From Candidatus Magasanikbacteria bacterium RIFCSPHIGHO2_01_FULL_33_34 (GTDB lineage: Bacteria > Patescibacteriota > Patescibacteriia > Magasanikbacterales > UBA922): DNA of 64,000 nt. Positions within the stretch are counted from its first letter, which is position 1; every line of letters starts with the position of its first letter. The translations under genes were made by a program, and so were the position numbers. Below are positions 38,521 to 47,691 of this stretch, piece by piece. The notes beneath the pieces are model-generated. The model was not told where the DNA came from. It saw only the letters and a program-made list of their open reading frames with translations, and searched no databases. The stretch is taken from assembly GCA_001782825.1 (NCBI GenBank), contig MFPS01000009.1:122102-186101 (forward strand), given 5' to 3'.

Positions 38521-39903
38521 TTACATTGTTTGTTGAATAATTTTTACAGCATTTCCTATTAAACCAATATTTCTCTTGAGTTCACTTTCTTTTTCTCCAA
38601 CTGGTTTTAAGTAATTGCTAAATAATTCATCAAATGCTTTTTCTGCTGAAATAATATTTTTACCTCTATACCAATTTTCTGCTGTGATTGCTTGTAATGC
38701 AAACGGGCCAATATTCACATCTTCTTTTTGTACCAATAATTGCTCGCGCAAAGGACTTGGTTGACCAGTTTTTTTGGAATATTTTTCAACATTTTCAGGC
38801 AATGTTATGAATCTAACAAAATCCCATGCCTCTGATTTGTGTTGCGATTTTGCAACCACAGACTCAACCCAATAATTAGCGACGTTTGAAGGATCTGCAG
38901 AATTCAACTGTGGTACTGGCTCAATATCAAATTTAATCTGAGGGCCTCTAGCTTTAAGCCGAGGGAGATCATAGGCAAAACCAAAATAAAATACGCTTTT
39001 ACCACGCGCAAATTCATCCAATGAATTCGCCATTTTTGCATTCCAGGAATATACATCTTTTGTTGGTCTGGCAAAATCAGAATAAAATTGTAATGTTTGA
39101 AGTACAGGATGATCACTTGACCTGTCAGTCAACCCATTAGCAAAAGTTACTCTATCTCCCTGTGACATAATGAGACTATTTTGCATCATCAACAAAGAAA
39201 TTATATCAAAAGAATTATCAATATTTTCCCCAAGACCTAGGGCAACTCCTGATTGGATAATATTACCATCACGATCATATTTGGTTGATTTTTTGACAGC
39301 ACTAGAAAACTCATCCCAAGTTTTTGGTGGAATTGGAATTCCAGCTTTATCAAGCAATTCTACATTGTAATACATCGCCAATGTATCCATAAACAAAGGA
39401 AGTCCATAAACTTTGTCACCTACAATAATATCCTGCGCTACCGTTGTCACATATGATTTTTTGATATAATCAATTGTTGGCATTGCATTATTTTCTGTTG
39501 AAATAACAGTTTTTGGTTTAAATTCACCTTCAGTAAAAACATTAGTTACTTGAACATTATCAGGCATAGGATCAAGCCTATTCAAATATTTGTTAACCCA
39601 TCTAGGATGCATAGAAACAATATCCGGAGCATTATCATCAGCCAAAGCATTGGCAAACAAACTATCAAATTCATCATATCTAACTTGTTTTACTTTTATA
39701 GTTACATAACTATGCAAATTTTGATATGAGACTGCAAATGATCTCAACGCATCAACATCATTATAAACAGTCCAGTAATTTATTGTGATTGGTTTTACTG
39801 CTTCTTGTTGTTCTTGTGTAAGACCTTTACAACCCAACCCAGTCAAAACAAATATACTTATCAAAGAAAATATTATTAAGTATCTTTTATTTATTAATTT
39901 CAT
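38521..39903 (-). CDS. ABC transporter substrate-binding lipoprotein (SBP family 1, sugar-type). Orphan; no permease or ATPase gene adjacent
   Basis: 460 aa. Signal peptide with lipobox-like LTGLGC. Length and composition fit a maltose/sugar-type SBP. Confidence 0.6.
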   Translation of the reverse strand: MKLINKRYLIIFSLISIFVLTGLGCKGLTQEQQEAVKPITINYWTVYNDVDALRSFAVSYQNLHSYVTIKVKQVRYDEFDSLFANALADDNAPDIVSMHPRWVNKYLNRLDPMPDNVQVTNVFTEGEFKPKTVISTENNAMPTIDYIKKSYVTTVAQDIIVGDKVYGLPLFMDTLAMYYNVELLDKAGIPIPPKTWDEFSSAVKKSTKYDRDGNIIQSGVALGLGENIDNSFDIISLLMMQNSLIMSQGDRVTFANGLTDRSSDHPVLQTLQFYSDFARPTKDVYSWNAKMANSLDEFARGKSVFYFGFAYDLPRLKARGPQIKFDIEPVPQLNSADPSNVANYWVESVVAKSQHKSEAWDFVRFITLPENVEKYSKKTGQPSPLREQLLVQKEDVNIGPFALQAITAENWYRGKNIISAEKAFDELFSNYLKPVGEKESELKRNIGLIGNAVKIIQQTM

Positions 39904-39908
39904 ATTAT

Positions 39909-41201
39909 TTATACAAATAAACCAAATATAAATTTAAGTATAACATAACTAGACAAAATTACTACGACACCCAAAGATGACCAAGTCATCATTTTCAAAG
40001 CTTTACTAGTTTTCTCAGAATTCCCTCTAGCAGTCATCCACATAAATCCACTACCAACAAACATAGCGAGCGCCACACTGCCAGTGAAACCTAATATATA
40101 TTCTATAATCTTACCAACCAAAGTTTGAATCTGTTCTGTTTTGGTCCCAGAACCCAATTTTAGTTTATTGAGATTAGCAATACTATCTCCAACATCACAA
40201 CCCAACAACCCCGGTCTTTCACCTGTCTTTGGGCAAAGGCCTTCACATTCACGTGCTATATATTCTCTACATTTTGTTAAGGCTTCTCCAGTACCTTCTC
40301 CTTCTTTTTTACATACTTCATCAATTTGTGTCTGATCTTCACAAAAACTTAACACAGGTTTATCTTCAACCGCTTCTAATACAGTTTTGCAAGTAACATC
40401 AAACCAAAAATCTGGAAATAATTGATCAGAAAAATTAACTAAACCACATTTATCATAAGTAAAATTTGTTTGTATCCATTCTTTATCAAGACATTTTTTT
40501 TCTTCAACTGGCTGTTCTACTAGTGTTGGTATACCACAAAAACCATGACCATCTTCAGTAAAACTTAATTCACAATTAACTTGATTGACAGATCCACCAC
40601 AACCAAAACCCCCTTCATCATCTGTATTAATAAAACTACAATTAGCATTTGGAATTATTCTGATTACTCGTGTAGGTATTGGTTGGAATGCTAGTGGACC
40701 AATCCCAGGGGTAGTAGGCATACTACCAAGTATAGGACTACAATTGTCCTTAAACAGTCCCTCATCAAACGTATAACCACCAATTGTACTGGCAAACTCT
40801 CTAACAAATTTTTGTATTGCTTCAGTAAAACTAAAACAAGCAAAGCCACTTTCTGGAAATGCAATACTACCCAAATTTCCTGCAAGCGCACGATAACCAG
40901 ATGCCTCAAGATTCCTACGAACCCCATGACATGACGGGCAATCATCAGTACTTATACCAGTCGGAGGGACTTGCATATTTCTTATACTGATACTACAGCT
41001 ACATTGCCCAGCATCAGTCTTACTTCTGACAACCACTGCTTCTCCCAAAGAAGTAGTATATTCAGGTGGTGTAGCAGATTGAAAATTAGCGCATTGTTGA
41101 TTGGTCTGCGCATTAACTTTTACTCCAAAAAATAATCCTGTTATCAAAGAAGTAAAAAATAATATAGTAATAAATATTTTTTTTGAAAAAAATATACTCA
41201 T
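39909..41201 (-). CDS. Cys-rich ectodomain protein with C-terminal VirB2-like two-helix anchor (subfamily B)
   Basis: Start at MSIFFSKK (41201). About 30 Cys in the ectodomain. C-terminus GSVALAMFVGSGFMWMTARGNSEKTSKALKMMTWSSLGVVVILSSYVIL. Confidence 0.6.
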   Translation of the reverse strand: MSIFFSKKIFITILFFTSLITGLFFGVKVNAQTNQQCANFQSATPPEYTTSLGEAVVVRSKTDAGQCSCSISIRNMQVPPTGISTDDCPSCHGVRRNLEASGYRALAGNLGSIAFPESGFACFSFTEAIQKFVREFASTIGGYTFDEGLFKDNCSPILGSMPTTPGIGPLAFQPIPTRVIRIIPNANCSFINTDDEGGFGCGGSVNQVNCELSFTEDGHGFCGIPTLVEQPVEEKKCLDKEWIQTNFTYDKCGLVNFSDQLFPDFWFDVTCKTVLEAVEDKPVLSFCEDQTQIDEVCKKEGEGTGEALTKCREYIARECEGLCPKTGERPGLLGCDVGDSIANLNKLKLGSGTKTEQIQTLVGKIIEYILGFTGSVALAMFVGSGFMWMTARGNSEKTSKALKMMTWSSLGVVVILSSYVILKFIFGLFV

Positions 41202-41205
41202 AAAT

Positions 41206-42240
41206 TTATTCTGGTCTAAATTCAATACTGACACCAAATGATTTTATAATAAAATCTGTTATAAAATACGCGCCAAACACAATGATTAACCCTATCACAG
41301 CTGCCACTATTATGCCCTTACCTTTGGCTACCTTCTCTTGATTTCCAAAAGACAAAACCATAGTAATACCACCTATAATGAAAAAAATAAAAGCAAGAGC
41401 GCCCACATATTTGAATATTTCTTTGGCAAACATAAGTGGTACACCTAGCAAATCCCCAATACTATTACAAGTTCCAGCGACTGCACATGGTGGCATAAAT
41501 TTGCCACTATCTCTAGTACCATAAGTTTCATTTATATATTGTTGATATTCATCAATACACGTAGTTGATTCAAAATCCCATTTACATTTGTTACTTCTAG
41601 CACAATCAAATTCACTATTTATGTGTGGACATTCACTACCTCTCTCTGCTTCAAAACATGTTCCTTGTCCTTCAGACCAAAAACAAGCTCCTGTGTTATT
41701 ACAAGATCGTTTATCATTCTTGTTATGACATTCATCAATTCCATTGTATTTTCTCCAATAATCTACAGCAGTATTACATATATCTGAATATTTAGGTGGA
41801 GGCACATAATCCAAACATTTCATTTCAGTCTCCATATACTGTGGACATTCAGTTGGCAAACCTTCTCCTCCCATAACTCCTGAAATAAACTCAACTTGAT
41901 CAAGTTTATCTGATATACCACTCAAACCTCTACCAACTATAGCCCCAAAATCAAAAAGACCAAAATATTCATTGCAATTACTTTTTGTTTGTACACCTAT
42001 TTTACATGGCTTTGCTGTTGTTTTTAAACGACACCCTGATAAACTCCAATCACTTGTACACCTGTCCATACCTACTACATCCCCTATCCATGTTTTTCCA
42101 CACCAATTCGTCCAACTGCTTTTCTCTGTTCTAATTTCATTAATACAACAAACTGGCTCACTTTCACCTTGAGCAAAAACAATATTTGGACTAAAAAATA
42201 ATCCCATTACAAATATGCTGATTATTAAAAACTTTTTCAT
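41206..42240 (-). CDS. Cys-rich ectodomain protein with C-terminal VirB2-like anchor (subfamily A paralog)
   Basis: 344 aa. C-terminus VGALAFIFFIIGGITMVLSFGNQEKVAKGKGIIVAAVIGLIIVFGAYFIT is homologous to 37693-38514. The N-terminal Cys-rich domain is divergent. Confidence 0.6.
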   Translation of the reverse strand: MKKFLIISIFVMGLFFSPNIVFAQGESEPVCCINEIRTEKSSWTNWCGKTWIGDVVGMDRCTSDWSLSGCRLKTTAKPCKIGVQTKSNCNEYFGLFDFGAIVGRGLSGISDKLDQVEFISGVMGGEGLPTECPQYMETEMKCLDYVPPPKYSDICNTAVDYWRKYNGIDECHNKNDKRSCNNTGACFWSEGQGTCFEAERGSECPHINSEFDCARSNKCKWDFESTTCIDEYQQYINETYGTRDSGKFMPPCAVAGTCNSIGDLLGVPLMFAKEIFKYVGALAFIFFIIGGITMVLSFGNQEKVAKGKGIIVAAVIGLIIVFGAYFITDFIIKSFGVSIEFRPE

Positions 42241-42245
42241 AAAAA

Positions 42246-43373
42246 TTAACTAAAAATACTGAAAATAAAATCCAAAATCACATAACTAGACAAGATTACC
42301 ACAACACCCAAAGATGACCACGTCATCATTTTCAAAGCTTTGCTAGTTTTTTCAGAATTCCCTCCTGCAGTCATCCACAAAAATCCACTGCCAACAAACA
42401 TAGCGAGCGCCACACTACCGGTGAAGCCCAATATATACTCTATAACCCTACCTAAAAATGTTTGGATTGGTTGATCCCCTTCAATATTAAGTTGATTTAA
42501 AGCTCCATAAAGTTTTGCCACATCACAACCCAAATTACCCTTTTCTGAACCATCAGCACATTTTCCTTCACATTCATTTATCAATCTTTCCACACAATTA
42601 TCTAATTCATCTCCAGAAATTCCATCTTTACTTTTTTTACAATACTCTGATATTTTATCAACTGAACAATTTTCAAATAAATTCTCATCAATATCATCTT
42701 TAGTATGTAGTTTACAAGTCAAACTAAAATCTAATACATCATTATGCACTAGCCCCATCCAACTACAACCTCGTTCACTACAGATTCTATTTATCTCCTC
42801 AGTCCAATTTATAATTAAATTAAAATCATAAGTATCACCTTCACAATTTGATTCATTTATAATACCTTCAGTAGTACCTAATCGTTCTCTCATGCTTTGT
42901 TCTGTAGCAATCAAATCACCAACCAAAAAATTACAATTACTATTTATCATTGCAGCTCTAAAAGCATCGAACAAATCAAACCTAGAATTCAAAGCATAAA
43001 CTGTTGTACTCTGTCCTTGACAATATTGAGTTGATGGCCCTAATTCTTCATAATTAGGACTGTTTACTCCTATTACTTTTGCTCTACTGATTTGCAATCC
43101 ACATTCACAATATCCTGTTTCATATAATTTTTTTTTATATTCAACATATGCAACACATTCTGCTCTTCTGGCATCAGTACAATCACTACCATAATCCTCC
43201 AATATATTACATATATCTGTGTAATACTCTTGAGCACCCACAGAATCACAATCTTCATTGTAGCCTGGTTGATTTGTACTATCTAATTGCGCAGAAACAT
43301 TTTGAGTAAATACAAAAAATAAAAGCGCTATAAAAAAAGCTTTTAAAAAATAAATTTTTTTTCTTGCCTTCAT
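42246..43373 (-). CDS. Cys-rich ectodomain protein with C-terminal VirB2-like anchor (subfamily B paralog)
   Basis: 375 aa. C-terminal roughly 90 aa nearly identical to 39909-41201 (EGKCADGSEKGNLGCDV...GSVALAMFVGSGFLWMTAGGNSEKTSKALKMMTW). The N-terminal domain is divergent. Confidence 0.6.
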   Translation of the reverse strand: MKARKKIYFLKAFFIALLFFVFTQNVSAQLDSTNQPGYNEDCDSVGAQEYYTDICNILEDYGSDCTDARRAECVAYVEYKKKLYETGYCECGLQISRAKVIGVNSPNYEELGPSTQYCQGQSTTVYALNSRFDLFDAFRAAMINSNCNFLVGDLIATEQSMRERLGTTEGIINESNCEGDTYDFNLIINWTEEINRICSERGCSWMGLVHNDVLDFSLTCKLHTKDDIDENLFENCSVDKISEYCKKSKDGISGDELDNCVERLINECEGKCADGSEKGNLGCDVAKLYGALNQLNIEGDQPIQTFLGRVIEYILGFTGSVALAMFVGSGFLWMTAGGNSEKTSKALKMMTWSSLGVVVILSSYVILDFIFSIFS

Positions 43374-43388
43374 TTTATTAAATTATTT

Positions 43389-44237
43389 TTACAACAACCC
43401 TTCCTTCTTGGCGAAATGAATAGTTGTTTTTAATAAGGCTAATTTGTTTCCGGTATCAAAATATTGACCATCATATTCATAAGCATAAAATGGTTTTTTT
43501 TGTGTCAATGAATTGGCTGCGTCAGACAACCATATCTCACCATCTTTACCTTTGCCTTGATCCTCTAAATGACTCCAGATATCCTTGGTAAAAATATATC
43601 TCATACCACCGACAATTAATCCAAATGGTGAAGTCTTGGATACTGCTGGTTTTTCTACAAATTTTTCCACCCGAAAAATTTTTTTGTCTTTTGTTCCTTT
43701 TGCGTAGACATTGCCATATTTGGTCATTTCTTGTGGGTCTTCAATTCGCTGTACACCAATCACTGATGAACCAACCTCATTAAAAACTTTCACCAATTGT
43801 TTGATAACTGGAACTTCCGCATCAATGATACTGTCACCATCAGAAAAAGCAAAAGCATCGTCTCCTATAAAATCCTTGGCACACAATAGCGCATGTCCAT
43901 TACCTTTTGGTTCACTTTGACGAGTATAAAAAAACCGTACTTTTTTACAAAGATCAATCAAAGGTTGAACTCTATCCAATTTTCCTTTGCTCTCCAAGAA
44001 CCTTTCAAGCGCCTCATCTCGATCAAAATGATCCTCAATAGCTCGCTTTTGAGAGCTAGTTACAAACATAATATCTGTGATTCCACTCTCTGCCATTTCC
44101 TCAACAATATATTGAACTACCGGCTTATCAAGCACCGGCAACATTTCTTTTGGCATGGCCTTGGTAGCTGGCAAAAATCTAGTCCCCACCCCAGCAACGG
44201 TAATAACTCCTTTGGTTATTTTTGTTTGTTTTGGCAT
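43389..44237 (-). CDS. galU: UTP--glucose-1-phosphate uridylyltransferase
   Basis: VITVAGVGTRFLPATKAMPKEMLPVLDKPVVQYIVEE, the canonical GalU N-terminus. Confidence 0.9.
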   Translation of the reverse strand: MPKQTKITKGVITVAGVGTRFLPATKAMPKEMLPVLDKPVVQYIVEEMAESGITDIMFVTSSQKRAIEDHFDRDEALERFLESKGKLDRVQPLIDLCKKVRFFYTRQSEPKGNGHALLCAKDFIGDDAFAFSDGDSIIDAEVPVIKQLVKVFNEVGSSVIGVQRIEDPQEMTKYGNVYAKGTKDKKIFRVEKFVEKPAVSKTSPFGLIVGGMRYIFTKDIWSHLEDQGKGKDGEIWLSDAANSLTQKKPFYAYEYDGQYFDTGNKLALLKTTIHFAKKEGLL

Positions 44238-44307
44238 ATCTTTTATCAGTTATTAACACAGATATTATAGCAAAAAAAATATTAAAAATAAAGAGTCTAA
44301 AATTAAA

Positions 44308-45603
44308 TTATTGTATTGTCTCCAGCCAATTGCCAATAAGCCAACCACCACCCGGACCACTAGTAAAATTCAAATTCACCAAACCAGATTCATAAATAAT
44401 AGTTGAATTATTTTCAACTTGCATTTGATAGGCCGTAGCTTCTTTCAAAGTAGCTGAATTTTGTATAAACAATAATCCATAAGGCGCATATAATATTCCC
44501 CGAAGTTGAGTATTGTTTTGCATCATTATAGCTGGATCAGAAGTATCCAATTGATTAGCAGTCGTAATAAACATTATATAACTATCATTTGGAGTATTGC
44601 AGTCCACAATATCTTCATTATAACCCTCAGAACCACAAATTATTACATTATTTTTTAGATCAATATCACCATCTACTATCATAACCCCACTATTATCCCC
44701 ATAACCAGCATTCAATTCAATTCCGGCACTATTTTCCAAAACTAAATTTCCAGTTACCCATACTGTTCCATCAAATGTAAAAGTATCATCACCGTTACCA
44801 CTTATTCTTAAATCTCCATTAATCCTAACTGGCCCCAAAGAAAAATCCATATCATCAATATCCTGTGTACCAATTGTACCACCCGCAAGAGCGGCCGCTT
44901 TCCAACTATTTATTTGATCATCTGTTATAGGAAAATCTACAGTATCGGGATCCGCACTACCCGGAAATTCAGCTCCATTAAAAGTATTACCACCACTATC
45001 AACCGCATAATATGCATCACCATCAACAACAGTATCTGTAATTGTATGAGCACGAACATCTCCACCAACATTAAAATTATCAACCAGACCAGATGGACCA
45101 GCAACCCAAACATCACCAGTTGCATTAGCAGAGTTCACTCCAACAATATTACCATTTGAATATATACTCCCTTCAATTGTACTATCATTTTTCATTAAAA
45201 TTCCACCTTGACCCACCTGCATACCATAATTAAAACTAATCCCTTCTGTTGCTGGCACTAAACTAACTTCCACACCTCTCACAAATGAATCCTTGTCTGC
45301 AAATGATTCTATAACATAAACTCCATCATCCAAACCAAGACCTATTTCAGCCGTAGCACCTGCCAATGACAAAGTATATTCCCAATCATAAGACAAATCC
45401 GGATCAATCATTCGAAGTAACATATCTTCCAATCCTGCCTCAGCCGTATAATAACTTTGCGCTGAACCAACTACATTGCGAATTAATTTTTCTCTGGATA
45501 TCATCGATGAAGTTAAACTCATCACAATAATAAGACCAACTATGGTTGCCAAAAGCACACTGACAATTGCTGAATATCCTTTATTATTTAATAATTTACC
45601 CAT
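44308..45603 (-). CDS. Large pilus-associated protein (N-terminal pilin-like TM helix, Gly/Asn/Asp-rich beta-rich body; PilY1/tip-adhesin-like)
   Basis: 431 aa. N-terminus MGKLLNNKGYSAIVSVLLATIVGLIIV resembles a degenerate prepilin leader. First gene of a four-gene prepilin-type run. Confidence 0.45.
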   Translation of the reverse strand: MGKLLNNKGYSAIVSVLLATIVGLIIVMSLTSSMISREKLIRNVVGSAQSYYTAEAGLEDMLLRMIDPDLSYDWEYTLSLAGATAEIGLGLDDGVYVIESFADKDSFVRGVEVSLVPATEGISFNYGMQVGQGGILMKNDSTIEGSIYSNGNIVGVNSANATGDVWVAGPSGLVDNFNVGGDVRAHTITDTVVDGDAYYAVDSGGNTFNGAEFPGSADPDTVDFPITDDQINSWKAAALAGGTIGTQDIDDMDFSLGPVRINGDLRISGNGDDTFTFDGTVWVTGNLVLENSAGIELNAGYGDNSGVMIVDGDIDLKNNVIICGSEGYNEDIVDCNTPNDSYIMFITTANQLDTSDPAIMMQNNTQLRGILYAPYGLLFIQNSATLKEATAYQMQVENNSTIIYESGLVNLNFTSGPGGGWLIGNWLETIQ

Positions 45604-45607
45604 AATA

Positions 45608-46147
45608 TTAATATGATCTTAATGATGCGGTTGTTGTCAAAGTAACACTACTCTTTTCTTGAATTTCGGTCGACGGTGAATCATACGAAGCAGTGATTGA
45701 AACTCTCACCGCTTGATAGCTACCAGCAGAATTGATATGAGTGAATGTCAAATCATCAATTTTTGTTTTTTGAGATACAATTATTTCTGAGACAACTCCC
45801 TCTCTCTTCATATAAAGCCTATCCCCATCAACAAAAAAATCAATAAAAGTAATTGTTTCACCAACAGGCACATTATTTGTACTCTCCAAACTTAACTGCC
45901 CAGGACTTGAATCAAAAATACTTGTCGGTGTATAAATATTTGATGCATGCCTAATTTCTTGAGCAATGACTTCAAGCGCGCTTCTAGTATTTCCTAGGAC
46001 TTCACCTCTAGCTTGAATATTTAAATTATTTCTGACCAATTGAGGGAGAAAAGAAGCTACCATAGTCGTAATCAAAAGCATAATAAATATATACATCATC
46101 ATTTCTATCAAAGTAAATCCTTTTTTATTTTTTTTCAAAAAAAACAT
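45608..46147 (-). CDS. Type IV pilin/pseudopilin (prepilin-type N-terminal cleavage/methylation domain)
   Basis: KKGFTLIEMMMYIFIMLL: G-F-T-L-I-E with Glu at +5. Confidence 0.8.
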   Translation of the reverse strand: MFFLKKNKKGFTLIEMMMYIFIMLLITTMVASFLPQLVRNNLNIQARGEVLGNTRSALEVIAQEIRHASNIYTPTSIFDSSPGQLSLESTNNVPVGETITFIDFFVDGDRLYMKREGVVSEIIVSQKTKIDDLTFTHINSAGSYQAVRVSITASYDSPSTEIQEKSSVTLTTTASLRSY

Positions 46148-46150
46148 AAA

Positions 46151-46672
46151 CTAATTATTCAAAAAATTAGTTAAATAAGTTTCCAATACAACACTATTAG
46201 TTACACTTTTCTCCACCCAAGAAACTGTAACTACCACCCTCTTTGTTTTGGGGTCATCAGTGCCAACAACTGCAATATCATCATTTGCATCACGATTAAC
46301 CGCATAAATCGATATAGTTCTCGTAAAAGTTCCATTAATCAATGGCTGAGAAATAGTAGATAAAGTCCACAAATCACCCACCAAAACTGGATAATACACA
46401 GTACCACTAGTCAAAGTCGCTATATCATCAGTCCAACTAACATTTTTTATTGTTCTAACTATTTCAATACCCTCCTGAGCAAATTGCACTGCCTCAGTCT
46501 TTCTCAATGCTCTATGCATAGTTTGATTTGAAAAGAAAATTATACTATATATTGAACTGAAAAACATAAGAGCGATAGCGATAGCAATCACTACTTCTAC
46601 AATACTAAATCCAGAATTATTTTTTTTATTATTTTTATTTTGAATAAAATATTTTTTAAAAATTTTCAACAT
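46151..46672 (-). CDS. Type IV pilin/pseudopilin (prepilin-type N-terminus)
   Basis: NNSGFSIVEVVIAIAIALMFF. Start trimmed to MLKIFKKY (46672) to avoid overlap with the next gene. Confidence 0.7.
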   Translation of the reverse strand: MLKIFKKYFIQNKNNKKNNSGFSIVEVVIAIAIALMFFSSIYSIIFFSNQTMHRALRKTEAVQFAQEGIEIVRTIKNVSWTDDIATLTSGTVYYPVLVGDLWTLSTISQPLINGTFTRTISIYAVNRDANDDIAVVGTDDPKTKRVVVTVSWVEKSVTNSVVLETYLTNFLNN

Positions 46673-46676
46673 ATTA

Positions 46677-47534
46677 TTATTGAATAGACATTGTACCACC
46701 AAATACACCTACACTAGGTACACCATCTGCTGTAAACGATGCAATAGCATTGCCATCAACAGAAACATCTAGCATCTTTGTATTATATCTACCATCACGA
46801 TGTATACACAAAACAGTATCAAATTCATCCAATGAGTGAGTGTGTACCCTCAAAGTCTGAGGCTCACCATTTACATCAATAGTCCCAGTCCAATCAAACT
46901 CTGTTTCATCTGGATTAAAATAATCTGCCATTACAACAGTCTCATCAACATCTACTGTATCATCAAAATGAAGTTCTAAATCAGATGCACCTTGCAAACT
47001 CCACCCCAGTGCAAAATGAATATGTCTAGAATCTATTACTCTTGTATCTGTCAAATTTATTGTTCCCGCAAGACCTACTCGTCCAGAAGGCGATATTTTT
47101 ATTACTCTATTTTCATCATTGTCATCCACCAGTCTCAAAATAATATCACCTACATGGTCAGTTTTACCTGTAATCCGATCAAAAACGACTGACACGCCAA
47201 AAGTATTACCCCAAATATCTGTATACTCAACATTATCTGAAAAATAAAAAACTTCATTATTTGGATCATTTACATCCCAATCAAATCCCTTATATATGGC
47301 ATAATAAGTCGGCTCAAAACGAACCCCATATTGATCATTCTCCTTGGAAGAAAGAGTTCTTTCTGATGCTAAATGTAATGCAGAAATCACATCATTTACC
47401 GAAGTATTCAATTCTAATCTTTTGACAAACGATCTATAACTTACAAAACCACCAACTACCAAAATACTTGCTGTTGAAACAACCAATAAAATTTCTACAA
47501 GTGAAAAACCTCGTTTATTTAAACATTTAAGCAT
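46677..47534 (-). CDS. Type IV pilin/pseudopilin (prepilin-type N-terminus)
   Basis: True start is MLKCLNKRGFSLVEILLVVSTASILVVGG (ATG at 47534). The upstream 18 codons of the ORF-track call lie in the AT-rich palindromic leader. Confidence 0.75.
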   Translation of the reverse strand: MLKCLNKRGFSLVEILLVVSTASILVVGGFVSYRSFVKRLELNTSVNDVISALHLASERTLSSKENDQYGVRFEPTYYAIYKGFDWDVNDPNNEVFYFSDNVEYTDIWGNTFGVSVVFDRITGKTDHVGDIILRLVDDNDENRVIKISPSGRVGLAGTINLTDTRVIDSRHIHFALGWSLQGASDLELHFDDTVDVDETVVMADYFNPDETEFDWTGTIDVNGEPQTLRVHTHSLDEFDTVLCIHRDGRYNTKMLDVSVDGNAIASFTADGVPSVGVFGGTMSIQ

Positions 47535-47650
47535 ATAAACATATAAACATTCCATCGTTCCCAATAACAAATAAATTATTTGATGCAAATTTTATTAAAA
47601 ACAAAATATGTTTATATGTTTGTATGTTTACATGTTAAGTATTATATCAC
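47535..47650 (-). promoter_or_regulatory. Conserved palindromic AT-rich leader A (TATAAT, then CATACAAACATATAAACATAT, then AATGTTTATATGTTTATATG overlapping the start codon)
   Basis: Minus-strand reading: GATATAATACTTAACATGTAAACATACAAACATATAAACATATTTTGTTT ... GGAATGTTTATATGTTTATATGCTTAAATG. A near-identical arrangement is found at 62456-62592. Confidence 0.5.
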
Positions 47651-47691
47651 AAAAAACAAAAAACCGCCCTTTCAGACGATTTTTCTGTTTT

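Noticed and set aside
32561-47534. Looked for VirB4/VirD4/VirB6/relaxase or a prepilin peptidase or secretin near the pilin-like array
   Set aside because: None is present in the window. The array cannot be assigned to a specific secretion machine from this sequence alone.
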